From assembly GCF_009914755.1 (NCBI RefSeq), contig NC_060926.1: a stretch of 64,000 bases of DNA, one strand, 5' to 3'. The notes under the pieces were generated by a model, which worked only from the letters and a program-made list of their open reading frames with translations, had not been told where the DNA came from and did not search any database. How positions within the stretch are numbered: the first letter of the stretch is position 1; each line of letters begins with the position of its first letter. Shown here in pieces: positions 30,448-45,198 of the stretch. A program made the translations under genes and the position numbers. The DNA comes from the human T2T-CHM13v2.0 reference genome, Homo sapiens.

Positions 30448-31259
30448 GCCTGATTCCAGTGTCTTCAGCAACCAAGTCTCCTCTTATGTCACTCGCACTT
30501 TTTATTTTTTTACTGCAGCTATTACTCAAGATACAATTTGTTTGAAAAAAGGCTCAGCACAGACAAAAGACTAATTTCCTTAATATATAAAGAACTCTTG
30601 GAAACCATTTTAAAAACTAGGAAAATACGCAAAAGGCATGAAAAGGCAACTCACAGAAAAAGAAATAAAAAAGGTCAATAAATATGAGAATATGTGAAGA
30701 AATAAGTAAAATTTTAAAGTATGATTTTTCACCTACCAGATTGGCAATGATTAAAGTTTGGTCATGCCCAGTATTAGATAAGACACTGAAAAAAGCAATC
30801 ATACACTCTGTTGGTGAGAGTATAGATTGGTGTGACATTTGTCGAGGGTGGTTTAACAAAATCTATCAAACTTTTTAAAAAGAGAAACGAAGTTGCAAAC
30901 AGTACTTAAAGCATGATCTCATTTATATACAAAGCAAATATATCTCATATATATAGGCTTCTATATTCATAGAAGATTTGTAGAAAGATACAAAAGAAGC
31001 TATCAATGGTACTTACTCTAGAACTAGGAAGTAGAGTAATAAATGCATGGACTTATTTTACCTTATCTTTTAAAATATGGTTTGAATGTTTCTTCCTGAG
31101 TGTGTGTTAACAATGACAATAACAAAAACTACATTGAAAAGGAGACAGAGGAATTAAGAGTACAGATACATTAAATATTTTTTTCTCATTACATTATGTT
31201 TGTGAATGATTTTGATTATGTTACATATTAAACCTATATATCATTTATAACAGGTAGTA

Positions 31260-32440
31260 TAACAACTCATGCTGATGAATCCCAAAAGTATATCCCAGTC
31301 CCACTTCTCCCTTGACTTCTCAACTTGTATGTCCAGCTGCCTATTGATGTTCCCACTTGAATGTGTAATAGGCATCTCAAACTGAAATCTCCCTCCCAAA
31401 ACTTGCTCCATCTGCAGCCTTTACCATCTCAGTAAATGGCAACTTTATTCTTCTAGTTGTTCAGGCCCCAAACCTTACAGTTGTCTTTGTCTTCCCTCCT
31501 GTTAAACCCAGGGCTATTGCCCTGAACAAGGAAGGGCTCTGGATAATAGAGCCAGTGGGTGTTGAAAAATAGCCCTTCCCCTCCTTGCTGCCCTAGTACA
31601 GGGAAGTGTCTGCTGAAAGCAAGGGACACATTTGCTAACTCACATGGAGATGTCATTAGGGTCTCAGGTATCTGGCAGGAATCTGGCCTAATTCTCACAA
31701 AGTGCTGTATCAATGCCACTTTCAGGGCTCATCATTTCTATTCTTTCTTTAAAATACGTCCAGAATCTGTCTTCTTCTCACCGCATCACCAACCTGTTTT
31801 GCCAGGATTACAGCAAAAGCTTCCCTTCCTATCCTTGTCCCACTGCAATCTGTTATTAATGCAACCATTGGGTGAAATCTTTTAAACTCGAGTTGGGTCA
31901 CATCATTCCTTGCTTAAAACTAGCCTATGACGTCTTCCCTCACTGATACCAATATCCAAAACTTTCCATGACCAATCAGGCCCCCAGAATCTGGCCTTCC
32001 TCTACCCTCAGTTTCAGCATGTCCCCTCACTCACTCTGTTCCAGCTGCACCAGCCTCCCTCTATAGTTAAATAGCTGCATGTCCCCCTCTGGGCCACTGC
32101 ATCTGTACTTTCTGCTCCCTCTGTCTGGAAAGCTCTCCCAGTAATTCTGCTCAAATATCACCTTATCAGGGGGGCTTCCCAGAGCAGCCCATGTAACATA
32201 TAAAATAGGCTCTGCCCTCCACCTCACACATACTCCCAGATACTCTCCACCCCACTAATCCTGCTTTCTTCTGCTTCATAGCACAAAACTGATATCAATG
32301 GATATCTGTTATGTATCTATTGATTTGCTTATTGTTTGTGATTGAAGGGACTTAATGTGGGTTGTTCCTGCTGTATTCTAGAATCATGCCTGGCACACAG
32401 TAGACACTCAATACTTACTTGATGAATAAATGAATGAATA
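31260..32440 (+). mobile_element. L2 LINE fossil (approximate bounds)
   Basis: cacttgaatgtgtaataggcatctcaaactg ... gcctggcacacagtagacactcaata...tgaataaatgaatgaat, the L2 3' end. Confidence 0.7.
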
Positions 32441-33450
32441 TAATGACTACTATATTTATTACTATTTTTGGTAGAAATATGTTTTTTAAACAGCAATTAT
32501 TTTTTGAGGGTTTTTTATGTGCTGGGCACTATTTCAAACATTTTAGCATAAATCCCAAACATCTTTTCTTATAGATGAAAAAACCAAAACAAGCAATGTT
32601 AATTAACTTGTCCAAGATCACTTAGTTAGTAAGTGACAAAATCAGGATTCTGAACCCAGAATCTGTCACTACTAAATCTCACGCTTTTAGGTGCCATCTT
32701 ACAATTTTCCCCAGTAATTCCATTTAGTTGACTTCCAGACAAAATTCTCTTGTCTCTATGTGGAATAGAGACAAAATAATGGTGACAGAATTGAATAACA
32801 AATATTGAATCAGAAACCTAAACCCTTTCTATAGAAGACTCAACACAGAAATGCAGTGGCTTGAGCGGAGCTATGAAGCGAGAAGGTACACTTCTGGGAC
32901 TAACCTTTAGACTCTTGCTCTTCTACTACACACAATGCCTGGCTTGAGACAGGAGAATGCATTTCTAAAATAAATTGCTAATAGATATGTCTAACTTTCT
33001 GATCTGTGCTTGTTATGCAAACCATAGCTGCACAGGATAGTAAGTCTCTATTCTAACCTAAACTCTGAAGCAATAGCTAACTTTTATGGAGCACTTGCTG
33101 TACGTCAGGCAGTATTGGGCATGCATTGCCTCACTGAATTCTCACAACAACCTATGCTCTGCTCCTGTTATTCCCATTTTGCCCAGGATGACACAGAAGG
33201 GCAGAGATGATAACCAGCTCTCCCATGGTTACACAGCCTAATGTGGAGGAGCTGGGTTTCAAAGGTGGACCAGGCTGACTCCCAGAGCCCAAGCTGTGAG
33301 GCTTTTCACTAGTGAATATGGAAAGGGCGCAACATGACCATAAGTTATATGTTCCCGTAACCTTTTATTATAGGAAATTCCAAACATAAACAAATAATAG
33401 AGGATGGTATAATGAATTGCCGTATACCTTTCACGCAGTTTGAGTCATGA

Positions 33451-33808
<358 letters not shown>

Positions 33809-34092
33809 TGATTTTAAGCCAACTCAGGAGCACTTCATGTAAAACTTGAGATAAAAGGAGTGCCTACATCAGTGTGTACATCAGGCTATGACACTTGACT
33901 CCAGGCTTAGTCTGTCGCTTAAACTTGGACTTAACTTGCTTAAGTTAAAGAGACCTAATACTAAAATCAAATGGAGTGAACCATGCTGGCAATTAGGAAA
34001 GCTTTAAAATTTCAACCCATACTTTCTTCTATACCAGGCACTTGAAAACCCTCTTAAAGACAGAATGGTTGAGAGGCCAGATTTATCTATAG

Positions 34093-34313
34093 CAGGGGTG
34101 TCCAATCTTTTGGCTTCCCTGGGCCACGTTGGAAGAATTGTTTTGGGCAACACATAAAATACACTAACACTAATGATAGCCGATGAGCTTAAATAAAAAA
34201 AATTGCAAAAGGAATCTCATCATGTTTTAAGAAAGTTTACAAATTTATGTTGGGCCACAATCAAAGCCATCCTGGGCACATGCAACCCTTCAGCCAGGGG
34301 TTGGACAAGCATA
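34093..34313 (+). mobile_element. MER30 hAT DNA transposon
   Basis: caggggtgtccaatcttttggcttccctgggccac...ggttggacaagc; 8-bp TSD atctatag/atctataa. Confidence 0.88.
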
Positions 34314-34458
34314 ATCTATAAAATTCGCTTTGTTTCTTTATCTAGTTTGTAGCTCCTGAATTTTACTATGCATAAAGTAAAGCCTTCACTAGAAGTATTA
34401 AACATTTTAAATTGTTTTAAGCAACACCTTTAAAAAGCCTTATTAGGTAACAATTATT

Positions 34459-35340
34459 TCTTTTTTTTTATAATTATATATGGAGTTTTTTATTATTATT
34501 ATACTTTAAGTTCTAGGGTACATGTGCACAATGTGCAGGTTTGTTACATATGTAAATATGTGCCATGTTGGTGTGCTGCACCCATTAACTCTTCATTTAC
34601 ATTAGGTATTTCTCTCAATGTTATCCCTCCTCCCTCCCCCCATCCCACGACAGGCCCAGTGTGTGATGTTCCCTGCCCTGTGTCCAAGTGTTTTCATTGT
34701 TCAGTTTTCACCTATGAGTGAGAACATGCAGTGTTTGGTTTTCTGTCCTTGTGATAGTTTGCTCAGAATGATGGTTTTCATCTTCATCCATGTCACTACA
34801 AAGGACATGAACTCATCCTTTTTTATGGCTGCATAGTAGTCCACGGTGTATATGTGCCACATTTGCTTAATCCAGCCTATCATTGATGGACATTTGGGTT
34901 GGTTCCAAGTCTTTGCTATTGTAAATAGTGCCACAATAAACATACATGTGCATGTGTCTTTCTAGTAGCATGATTTATAATCCTTTGGGATTTACAATCC
35001 CAGTAATGGGATGGCTGGGTCAAATGGTATTTCTAGTTCTAGATCCTTGAGGAATTGCCACAGTGCCTTCCACAATGGTTGAACTAGTTTACACTCCCAC
35101 CAGCAGTGTAAAAGCGTTCCTATTTCTCCACATCCTCTCCAGCACCTGCTGTTTCCTGACTTTTTAATGATTGCCATTCTAACTGGTGTGAGATGGTATC
35201 TCATTGCGGTTTTGATTTGCATTTCTCTGATGACCAGTGATGATGAGCATTTTTCATGTGTCTATTGGGTACATAAATGTCTTCTTTTGAAAAGTGTCTG
35301 TTCATATCCTTTGCCCACTTTTAGATGGGGTTTTTTGATT
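34459..35340 (-). mobile_element. L1PA 5'-truncated fragment (ORF2 C-terminus plus 3'UTR)
   Basis: ORF track [23 protein letters not shown] and MFIVALFTIAKTWNQPKCPS are L1 ORF2 peptides; L1PA 3' end. Confidence 0.95.
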
Positions 35341-36402
35341 TTTAAACTAATTTCTCTCAGGAACTGACCAAACAACCAAACCAAATGTTAAGTAAGTTTA
35401 CAGAATATGTGAGCTGCACAATGAGAAAAATTTCTCTAACTGCCGTATAAAACACTATGTCTAGCAACTACGAAAGACAACTTTTTATAAACAATTATCT
35501 CTTAAACGTGATTAATTTCTCCAGACCTTTTAAGATAGGAACTAAGGACAATGAGGGGAAAGAATTGGGATCTCAACAGAATCCATGAGAACAATGGATC
35601 TGTCTGGAAATCTTGACAGCTAGAGCCTTTCATTTGCATAACATTGTTTCTTAATTTAATCTTTTCAAGAGGATGAAATGCTTATGAAATTCACTGGGCC
35701 AATAACCCTGGAGATTTGAATCATTCAGCCAGGAAATAGTAACTCAAGGCAGGTCAGGTTTCTTGTAGCAGTCAAGGTTTGGGGGCATCTGGTTCCATTA
35801 CACTGCTAGAGGGCTTCCACCTAAGAAATTATGTGCCTTGGGTTTTATCAAGTTAATTGCTACTGAGGCCCCTAGAGAGGGTGATGGGCATACCTTTTGG
35901 GTCCTTAAAGCAAATAATTTGTATTTAGAGAGAAAGAATAAAATGACTTTAGAAGGAATCCACCGTAATCACCCTGGTCAAAGTCATGGTCATCATCTCT
36001 TGCCTGGTTTGCTTTGCTTCTGCTTTCGTTCCCTTGCAATTTTGACTCAACATAGAAACTAAAGTGATCCTTTTAAAACAAAAGTCACATCATATCAATC
36101 TGTTTCCTCAAGACCCTCCTAATAGTTTCCTATTTTGTTCAGAGTAAAAGTCCCCATGAGATCTGTGGTGGCCCCCCAAACTCCTGGCTCCCTCCACAAC
36201 ATGTGAGGCATTGCCCCCAGCTACTCTCCTCACCACTCTGCTCCAGCCACAGTGGCCCCTTTCCTGTTCTGTGGACAGTTCATGAGTTCCCCCAGGGACT
36301 TTGCACTTCTGCCCAAAACACTCCTTCATCAGATGTCAACATGCATAGCTCTTAAGGTCTCTGTACAAATATGAGATTCTATGCTACGTAAAATAGCACC
36401 CT

Positions 36403-36533
36403 GGCCAGGTGCAGCAGCTCATGCCTGCAATTACAGCTACTCAGGAGGTTAAGACAGGAGGATCACTTGAGCCCGGGAGTTTGAGACCAGCCTGGGCAAC
36501 ACAGTGAGACCCCACCTCTTAAATAAATAAATA
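36403..36533 (+). mobile_element. Alu monomer (FLAM-like)
   Basis: Single arm with (TAAA)n tail; agcaccct on both sides. Confidence 0.85.
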
Positions 36534-38881
36534 AGCACCCTGTCTGCCATCTCAATACTTTCTATCTCCCTGATCCCATTTCATTTTCTCTGTAGCACCT
36601 GCAGCACTTATTGCCATCTGTCATTTGAGATATTTCCTCGCCTGTTTGTCTCCCCTAGACTGGATACTCTGCAAGGGCAGAGGTGGGGTTTTGTTCACTG
36701 CAATATCTCCAGCTACTCAAACAGTGCTTGGCACTATTCACAGTCAGTGTATGTTGGATGAAAGGATGATGTTAATAATGATGTTATATGATGTTAGTAA
36801 TGATGACGATGAAGCTAGCTCATGGCACATATGTGTGCCAGGCACTGTTCTAATTGTGTTACATCCATTAACTCATGCCATCTCCACAATGGCCCTACGT
36901 TGAGGTACTGCTATTCTCATATCATGGGTAGGGACACTGAGACATAAGAGGTGAGGTATTTGGGTTAATATCACACAATAAACAATTCAATAAATTAACA
37001 AGTTGGAAAGGGTCTTTGAGATGCTTAACTAACAGATTCCCTTTAACTTACAGGTGGGGAAACCATGCACAGGTGAGTTGCTAATGAAAAGAATGGCAGC
37101 TAGGACCTCCACTTGATGTACCTTTCCTGGGTCTCTGTCAGCTGCAGAACTACCAAAGCCCACCTCTTTTAAATGATATCACCACCCTATCTTTACGCAG
37201 CCAGCAACCCATAGAGTTTAGCAGAGTACACAATAAGCATTCAACAAATACACTGTGGAAAAAAAAAAGAAGAACGAGAGATGATCAAGTCTTTGGAAGC
37301 CAAGAAACTCTTCTCAGATTAGTAGCAGGCTTGGCAATGCAGTCAAACCCACTTTCTTGGGGCCTGAGAATTGTATCTGAGATAACCCTCCACATAAGAC
37401 TCTCTAGGGGCAGTTAGTGCTATGTTTGTGAGTGCTCAGCTTTGGGGTAACTTCCCCAGGCACAGCAGATGGTTGGGCAGGGATTCTAGCAAGCAACCTG
37501 TACTAAGGGCCAACTGGCATGAAGATTTATATGTATAAATATCCCACTATTCATCCACATTTTCCACAGTAAGTCCATCTCCGGGAACACAGACTGATGC
37601 ACACTTTACCCTGATTTCACTGGACTCAAAATGCATGTGTGTATGAGCGTGTAGTGGGTGTGTTGGTGGGTGTCAGAGGACGTGTGAGTGGGTGTCAGCA
37701 GGTGTGCTGTGAGTATGTGGGGAGACAGGCAGTGAAAGGAAAGCTCCACACATATGGTCAGTTCTGGATACTCCCAATCCTTGTGTGATGGCCTTGTCTC
37801 CGCTCTCTTGCCTGAACACCTCTGCATGTCAATTAATAAAACACTCCTCTCTTCTCTCCAAAATTTCCAGGTCAATTTTTCATCAGAATGACACTGAAGG
37901 AGTGCTTATGTACACATAGTATTAAGTGAAAAGTCATAAACACAGTTAAACAAAGAAACCCAGCCCCTTCCCATTCTTCCTGGCGTCCTGCCCCTGGGTT
38001 TTACTAAGCAAAGAAGCATCCAAACACCATCTTTGTGGCCTTGAACCAAGTGCTCACAATTCAGCAGCACCAAGGGCACGTGAGTGTCTCGGGAAAGTGA
38101 GCTGGCTGTTGCTGGGTGTGGCTGCCAGTCAGCAGGGTTCCTAGGGAGCAGCTGCTGATGGCCAACTCTTAGCAACTCACAATCTGAGACAGAGTGGTGG
38201 GTGCACTTCCCACCTTGGTCACTCCCATGAAGAGTTTGGGGATCATCACTCTGAGCTGTTGCATTTGCCTTCAATTACTGGGATGTGGAGAGGAAGCGTT
38301 ACTGGTGATAAAATAACTCTTCTTCCCTCACCTCCCAGATCTCACCCAGTACAAGAATCAGAGCCTCAGACTTCGTTGAAGACCCTGATTTCAAGTCCAG
38401 GCAGAAGGTCGCAGCTGCAGCTCTGCATGTGCTCATCTTGCTCTCATCAGTTTGTGCTGAAACATCCTGCCAGTTTTTAACTGTGGTATTCAATTAGCCA
38501 TAGGTTTTCCACTTGTATATTGTTATCGCTAATCAAATCTCTTAAACTGAAATGTATCCTTTGAATTTTAAAGACGGTTAAACTCTACAAGAATAAAGGT
38601 TAAGGGCTTTGGGTGCATTATCTCTTTTCATTTGCCCTCATTTCGCAGATGGGGAAACTGAGGCTCAAGACAGGGTAAGTCATGTGTCTAAGATCACCAG
38701 CAGATGAAGCTGGGAATGAAGGCGAGGCAGTCTGTCTCCACAGCCTGTGCCTTTTACCACGGACTACTTTCACTACCACTCATCACTGTGTTACTACATT
38801 TACATTTTAAGAGCAATCTAGTTTTAGGAATGCTTAGGTTGTTTTTGTAACAGGTGAAGCTGCTCATGGCATCTCACTTAC

Positions 38882-38953
38882 AGCTAAGTGGAGTGGACTC
38901 TTAGTAGCACCAGAATCTGATTCTTCAAATCCACTGTTTGTTCTTTCCAAAAG
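38882..38953 (-). CDS. ANKRD44: ANKRD44 internal coding exon (about exon 17): LLERTNSGFEESDSGATKSPLHLA
   Basis: Minus strand ccacag|CTTTTG...TTAGCT|gtaagt; 72 nt, phase 0/0; joins the next exon to give ankyrin motif SPLHLAAYNGH. Confidence 0.95.
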
Positions 38954-40770
38954 CTGTGGAGACAAAAAGCAAACAATAGTACGTGAGTCCAAATTTTGCA
39001 AAATGTTGGTGTAAATGAGAAAAGAGGTTTCAGAAACTTGAGAAGTTATGCAATTTATCAGTAATATAAAAATATGATATAACATATCTAAAACAAATAT
39101 GCTAACAGAATATTTAAACTTCTAGATCACCTCAGCACTTGAATCCAGAAAAATAATTCATCTTACATCCATTTTCACCTGGCAAACAGATAATAACGAA
39201 AAAAATAAGACCCAGTATTGATTCTACTATCAAACACACATTTACTGCAGATAGTGTGGATAGTGTTGAAAAAGACAAGACTCCTGCTCTCATGAAGCTT
39301 ACATTTTGGAAAAACGAAGCATAGACAAATAAATATAAAAATAAGAAAACATTTGGAAATGATCTGTGCTGTAATGAGAATAAAATACGGGGATGTGATA
39401 TGGAGTGACTGACAGGCTGCTTTACAGCAGATGGCCAGGCAAGGCCTTCTCCAAGGAAGTGACATTTCAAGTGAATCCTAAATAAGAAGAATTAAACCAG
39501 ATAAAGGTGTGGCAGGAGAGTATTCAGGAAGAGGAAATAGTCAATGATATGCATCAAGAGAGGACAAACATGGTAAGATCAAGGAATGGAAAGACCAATG
39601 TGACTAGGGCATCGTGTTAGTGAGGGTGGCAGGAAAATGACATTCTCGTAGACCCTTGGTGGAAGAACAAATTGTTAAAACCTTTCTGGTTCCCTAGCAA
39701 GTAGACTCAGAGAAGGGGGAGATAAAAAGAAACAAAAAAAAAAAAAAAAAAAACACCTTTCTGGGCAATTTGTGCATATCTTTTGAATCTAGGGATTCAA
39801 TCCTAATAAATAGATGAGTGCACAATAGTGCATATTGTAAGGAAATGCATTCATACAATAAATACTCAGTGAATGATTACCATGTGCCCTGACACTGTTC
39901 CCTGCACTGATAATTCCATAATAGACCAAGTATCAAAAATCTGTTTTCCTATTGCAGAGGTGGACCTACTATAAAAGAAAGAAGTTTCATAGTTTATTAG
40001 AAAGTGCAAGGTGCTATGGTAGAGAAGGAAGGTTCAAAGAACTCGAGGGGAGATTAGTTTGTAACTTTATGTAGGGTGATTAGGGAAAGCCTCACTGAGC
40101 AGGTGATGGCCCAGTAAAGTCTCCAGGGAGATGAGGGAGCCTTGTGAATATCTTGGAGAAGAGCATTCTAAGCAGAGGGGCCAACAGCTGCCAAGACCCT
40201 TACAGACAGGTGTGCTTAATAACATCAGGAGGCTGGAGCCAAGTGAGCGAGGGTGAGAATGGCAGGACAGAAATCAGAGAGATGGTGGCTGTGGGGGTGG
40301 GCATGTCAAAGAAAGCCGTGTAGGCTGTTGTCAGAATTTTGACTTTTATCCCAAGTGAGGTGGAAATTCAGTGGAGTGTTTTGAGCAGAGGAGTTACATG
40401 ATCTGTTAGGCTCTAAGGAGACAAAGGTGGGAGCACAGAGACAATTTAGGAGCTGGGGCAATAGTCCAAGAGAAAAATAACAGTGGCTTGGACCAGCAAG
40501 AAGCAGTGGAGATGAGAGAAACAGTTGGATTGTGGATATTTTTGGAGGTAAAATCAACAGGATATGCTGATGGGCTGAATATGAATGTAAGAGAAAGAGA
40601 GAGGCCAAGGATGACGCCCAGTTTTTGTCCTAAGCAAACGGAAACATGAAGGTACCATGACCTGAGATGAAGAAGGCTGTGAGTGGGATATATATAGTGG
40701 AAACAAGCAGAAGTTCAGTTTTGGACATGTGAAATTTGAGATGTTTATAAAGCATCTAAAAGTACATCTG

Positions 40771-41197
<427 letters not shown>

Positions 41198-41372
41198 CTA
41201 AAAGCTGGAGAGATGAGGAGGAACCAGCAGGAAGACTCAGACTGAGCAGGTGAGCTAGAAGGAAAACAAGGAGAACATGAGGTTCTGGAACCAAGTGAAG
41301 AAGGAGTTTTATGAAGAGAATGAGCAGTCATGTCAAGTGTCATGACAGATCAAGGAAAATAATGCCTGAGAA

Positions 41373-41684
41373 TTTTTTTTTTTTTTTTTTTTTAAGAGAC
41401 AGGGTCTCACTCTGTCACCCAGGCTGGAGTGCAGTGATGTGATTTCAGCCTACTGCAGCCTCAACCTCCCAGGCTTAACGGATTCTCCCACTCTTCCCAA
41501 GTAACTGGGACTACAGGCACGTGCCACCATGCCTGGCTAACTTTTAAAAAAAATTTTTTTGGTAGAGACAGGATCTCACTACGTTTCCCAGGCTGGTCTC
41601 AAACTCTTGGGCTCAAGCAATACTGCCAGCTTGGCCTCCCAAACCGCTGAGATTACACAGGCATGAGCCACCGTGCCCAGCCAG
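41373..41684 (-). mobile_element. AluJ
   Basis: Alu dimer; tgagaatt on both sides. Confidence 0.9.
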
Positions 41685-41909
41685 GTCTGAGAATTGATCA
41701 CTGAGTTTAGCAACATGAGGCCTGAGAACTGACCACTGTGTTTAGCAAAATGGAGGAAGCTATTAGTGACTCTGATAAAAGCCATTTATTAAGACATTGT
41801 TTATGTGAAAAAATAGAAAAAATAATAACTAGCAATAGTATAGGTTAAATATAGTGGTATATATTACACTTTCAGATAAATTGTTCCCCTTTATCTTACT
41901 TTGAAGCTC

Positions 41910-42097
<188 letters not shown>

Positions 42098-42306
42098 TAG
42101 TGACACATCCAAAAGGAATGCAAATCCTGTATCCAAAGCCTCGATATGTGCTATGATGGTCGTCAACATCCAACTCCAGCTTCCTGATTGGTGGGCTTGG
42201 GCTGCCCTACATTACAGAGGCTGGACAACTAAACACCACATTTCCTAGACTCCCTTGAGCTACAGCTCCAGAGGTGATTTCAGCTCTTCCAGTTAGACGC
42301 ATGAAC

Positions 42307-43786
42307 TTTTCTTTTTCTTCACTGCCTCTTTGATAAGGTCTTTATTAAAAATAAGGTGTCCAAAATGATTTGATCTTTATGGAATAAACTCATTTAAAAG
42401 CTTATGCAGCAGGATTATTTTCCTCTGTGGTAGCTTTCTTTTCTGCTGGTTTCTTTTAAGCTGCTGTTTTCTCGGTAGTGCTGCCTTTTTTCCCACCAGA
42501 GGTTTCCTCTGCTTCTTAACACCAACTGTCATTTTTTTCCTCTCTTTCCTACCACAGGCGTCTTCCTACAACCCCTTCTCATGTGATTTAGTCTCTAGTG
42601 CTAGTGCTGCTGCTGCTACCTTATCCCCCAGAGTTTGTGATTATTTTTCTTTTTTTTTTTAGGATATTTTTATTATTATTATTATCATACTTTAAGTTCT
42701 AGGGTACATGTGCACAACGTGCAGGTTTCTTACATATGTATACATGTGCCATGTTGGTGTGCTGCACCCATTAACTCGTCATTTACATTAGGTATATCTC
42801 CTAATGCTATCCCTACCCCTTCCCCCCACCCCACAACAGGCCCTGGTGTGTGATGTTCCCCTTCCCATGTCCAAGTGTTCTCATTGTTCAATTCCCACCT
42901 ATGAGTGGGAACATGCGGCATTTGGTTTTCTGTCCTTCTGACAGTTTGAGCTTGTGATTCTTGGCCTGGCAAAGAATGGTGTCCTGACACATGGTGTTTG
43001 CATATGGGTTTAGCTTCAACATGAGTTTCAGATTTTTCATGGCTTCTTTGGGACTCTGCAATGAATCTGCTTGCCTGCTGCTTGAAGGGCTCTTTGGAGC
43101 TCTAGGCTTTTCAAGATTTTGCTAAGGTCTGTGTTGCTTATCTTATGCATGGGAAGATTTTCTAGAGGGAAGCAGCTTTATGCCTAGTGCCATATAATTC
43201 ATCTAACTTCCAGAAAGCACTTTCAGTCCAATGCAGAAACATCCCACATGCCCACCAAGAGCAAGTTTCAAACTGTTCAGTTTTCTTACATTAAATGCAG
43301 AGTCACTCCAGGGATGTTTCTGAAGGCCTTCATGGTACCATTATCCTCATTACAGGCAATGCAGGGTATCCTGTGTCAGATACGATGATGGTTTCTCATT
43401 TTGTCCTTGCCAGTTCTTATTTGCTGAGAGGCATAGATCTTTTTGATATCACTCCAGGTTTTAAGTTTCTTATGCAGCAAAACAGCCTCCTGGGTCTTCT
43501 TGTAGCCTTCAACTTTACCTTCAACCACCGAAGGAAGTTCAGGAACTTCCTCAATACAATGACCTTTAGACATGACCAGCATTGGTAAGGCTGAGGCAGC
43601 TGGGGCAGAGCAAGTGGCATATCATTTTTGGGTTGTGTTCATTCTACAGTGCCAATGGCACCAGGTTTTTGTTGGTGCAAACAAGCAGTCTTCACCACCC
43701 ATATTTCCAAAGGCATCCTAGCCAGAACGATGAGTCCCATCACCTCAGACTCTGGGTATTGGAGCCACAGCTCAACCAGTACCCTA
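42307..43786 (-). pseudogene. RPL4 processed pseudogene, main 3' body (interrupted by L1 at 42646-42947)
   Basis: [31 protein letters not shown] matches ribosomal protein L4; stop TAA 42402-42404; AATAAA 42341-42346; degenerate A tail; frameshifts. Confidence 0.93.
42646..42947 (-). mobile_element. L1PA 3'-end fragment inserted in the RPL4 retrocopy
   Basis: Primate L1 3'UTR (tactttaagttctagggtacatgtgcacaacgtgcagg) plus poly-T; TSD gagtttgtgattatt (42631-42645) / gagcttgtgattctt (42948-42962). Confidence 0.92.
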
Positions 43787-43993
43787 AAACTTCTCATCCT
43801 ACCATGGCATGTGTTCATCCACTGATTGCAGTAGACTCCAAAAAGGGAGAGTTATCTGGCAAAAACGTCATTTTGCCTGCTGTGTTCAAGCCTGCCTTTC
43901 AACTAGATATTGTGAACTTTGTTCACACCAACTTGTATAAAAAAACAAAGAGCCCTATGCTGCCTGTGAATTAGCAGGTCATGAGAACAGTGC
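43787..43993 (+). pseudogene. RPL4 processed pseudogene, inverted 5' segment (5'UTR plus N-terminus)
   Basis: ATG at 43804 gives [29 protein letters not shown]...[10 protein letters not shown], the RPL4 N-terminus, on the strand opposite the body. Confidence 0.92.
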
Positions 43994-44529
43994 CTTTAGA
44001 AGACGGAAGTGAGGCAGAGAAAATCTGTGATTTCCAATGGTGAGCACAGTCATGAAGACTGTCTTTTAGCTTCCAGTGTAGAGGCCATGAGTTTAGTGAG
44101 GATAGAGAAGCAAGACACAGGGATGCAGGACATTCATTTTTTTGGCCGTGTGGATCAAGCCAAAAAGTGGTGTGACTCTTGAGGCAATATTAGTGGGGGT
44201 GACAAGACTGTCCCCGAACATCAGCTAGGGTGATGCGTCTATGGAATCAGTCATTCCAGTGGCTGCTTTCTGATTCCTTATCTTCCTGATCATGGGGCAG
44301 AGGCAGCCCCCTGACAGTCCAGTTCATCAGTTCAGGCTTATTTCTGGAGGCCCACCTAAAGGCCACTCTTTTAGATCTTCCAATAATCTTGTAAACACTG
44401 ATTTTTAAAAATAAAACTTTTTTTTTTTGCTTAAAAGAGCTAGAGTGGTTTCTGAATCCTGCAAATGAAGCCTGACTGATTCAAAGAGCAATACAAGTGC
44501 TTTTGTTGTTGGTGGTGGTGTTGTTTTTT

Positions 44530-44666
44530 ACTTATTATTTTTATTTTTGTAGAGATGCGGTCTCACTATGTTGCCCAGGCTGGTCTCAAACTCTAGGCTC
44601 AAGCAGTCCTCCTACCTCAACCTCCCAAAGTGCTAGGACTACAAGTGTGAGCCACCATACCTAGCC
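44530..44666 (-). mobile_element. Alu monomer (FLAM-like)
   Basis: Single left arm. Confidence 0.85.
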
Positions 44667-45044
44667 CATAATATTAATACAAGTTTGTATAGATGTTTTC
44701 CTAATGGGGATGGAGAAGAGGAAATTATAGTACCCACAACACTGGAAAGCAAAACTTTCTAAAAATCTACTTTACCTCTTTTTCTCCCTGTAAATCCAAA
44801 GCTTGTCAAGCGGAAAACACATTTTAAAACCATAAGTGTTGAATGACACTATTTTCTTTTTTTTTTTTTATAAAGCAGTATTGACATGACTATATATACA
44901 GGAAAACAAAAAGCCTAGACATAGAAATACATACCTTACAAAGTTTAACACAATAACCTAAAAGTGATGTTATAGAAGATTTTTATTTTCTTCTTTATAT
45001 TTCCAGTGAATGTGTATTGTTTTGTTTGTGTGTGTGTTTTGTCT

Positions 45045-45198
45045 TAAGAGACAGGGTCTTGCTACATTACCTAGGCTGGAGTGCAGAGCACAGGTACAAT
45101 GATAGCACAGTAGAGCCCCAAACTTCTGGGCTAAAGCAATCCTCTTGCCTCACCCTCCTGAGTAGCTGAGACTATGGGGCATACCACCATGCCCAGCT
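45045..45198 (-). mobile_element. Alu monomer (FRAM/FAM-like)
   Basis: Diverged single arm. Confidence 0.75.

Larger units (their letters stand above)
42128..44483 (+). mobile_element. ERVL solo LTR (LTR33/LTR16-like) split by the RPL4 retrocopy
   Basis: Left part has cacatttcctagactcccttgagcta; right part has gacggaagtgaggcagag and ends gctagagtggtttctg...gcctgactgattca, resembling LTR33-type consensus as recalled. Confidence 0.65.
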
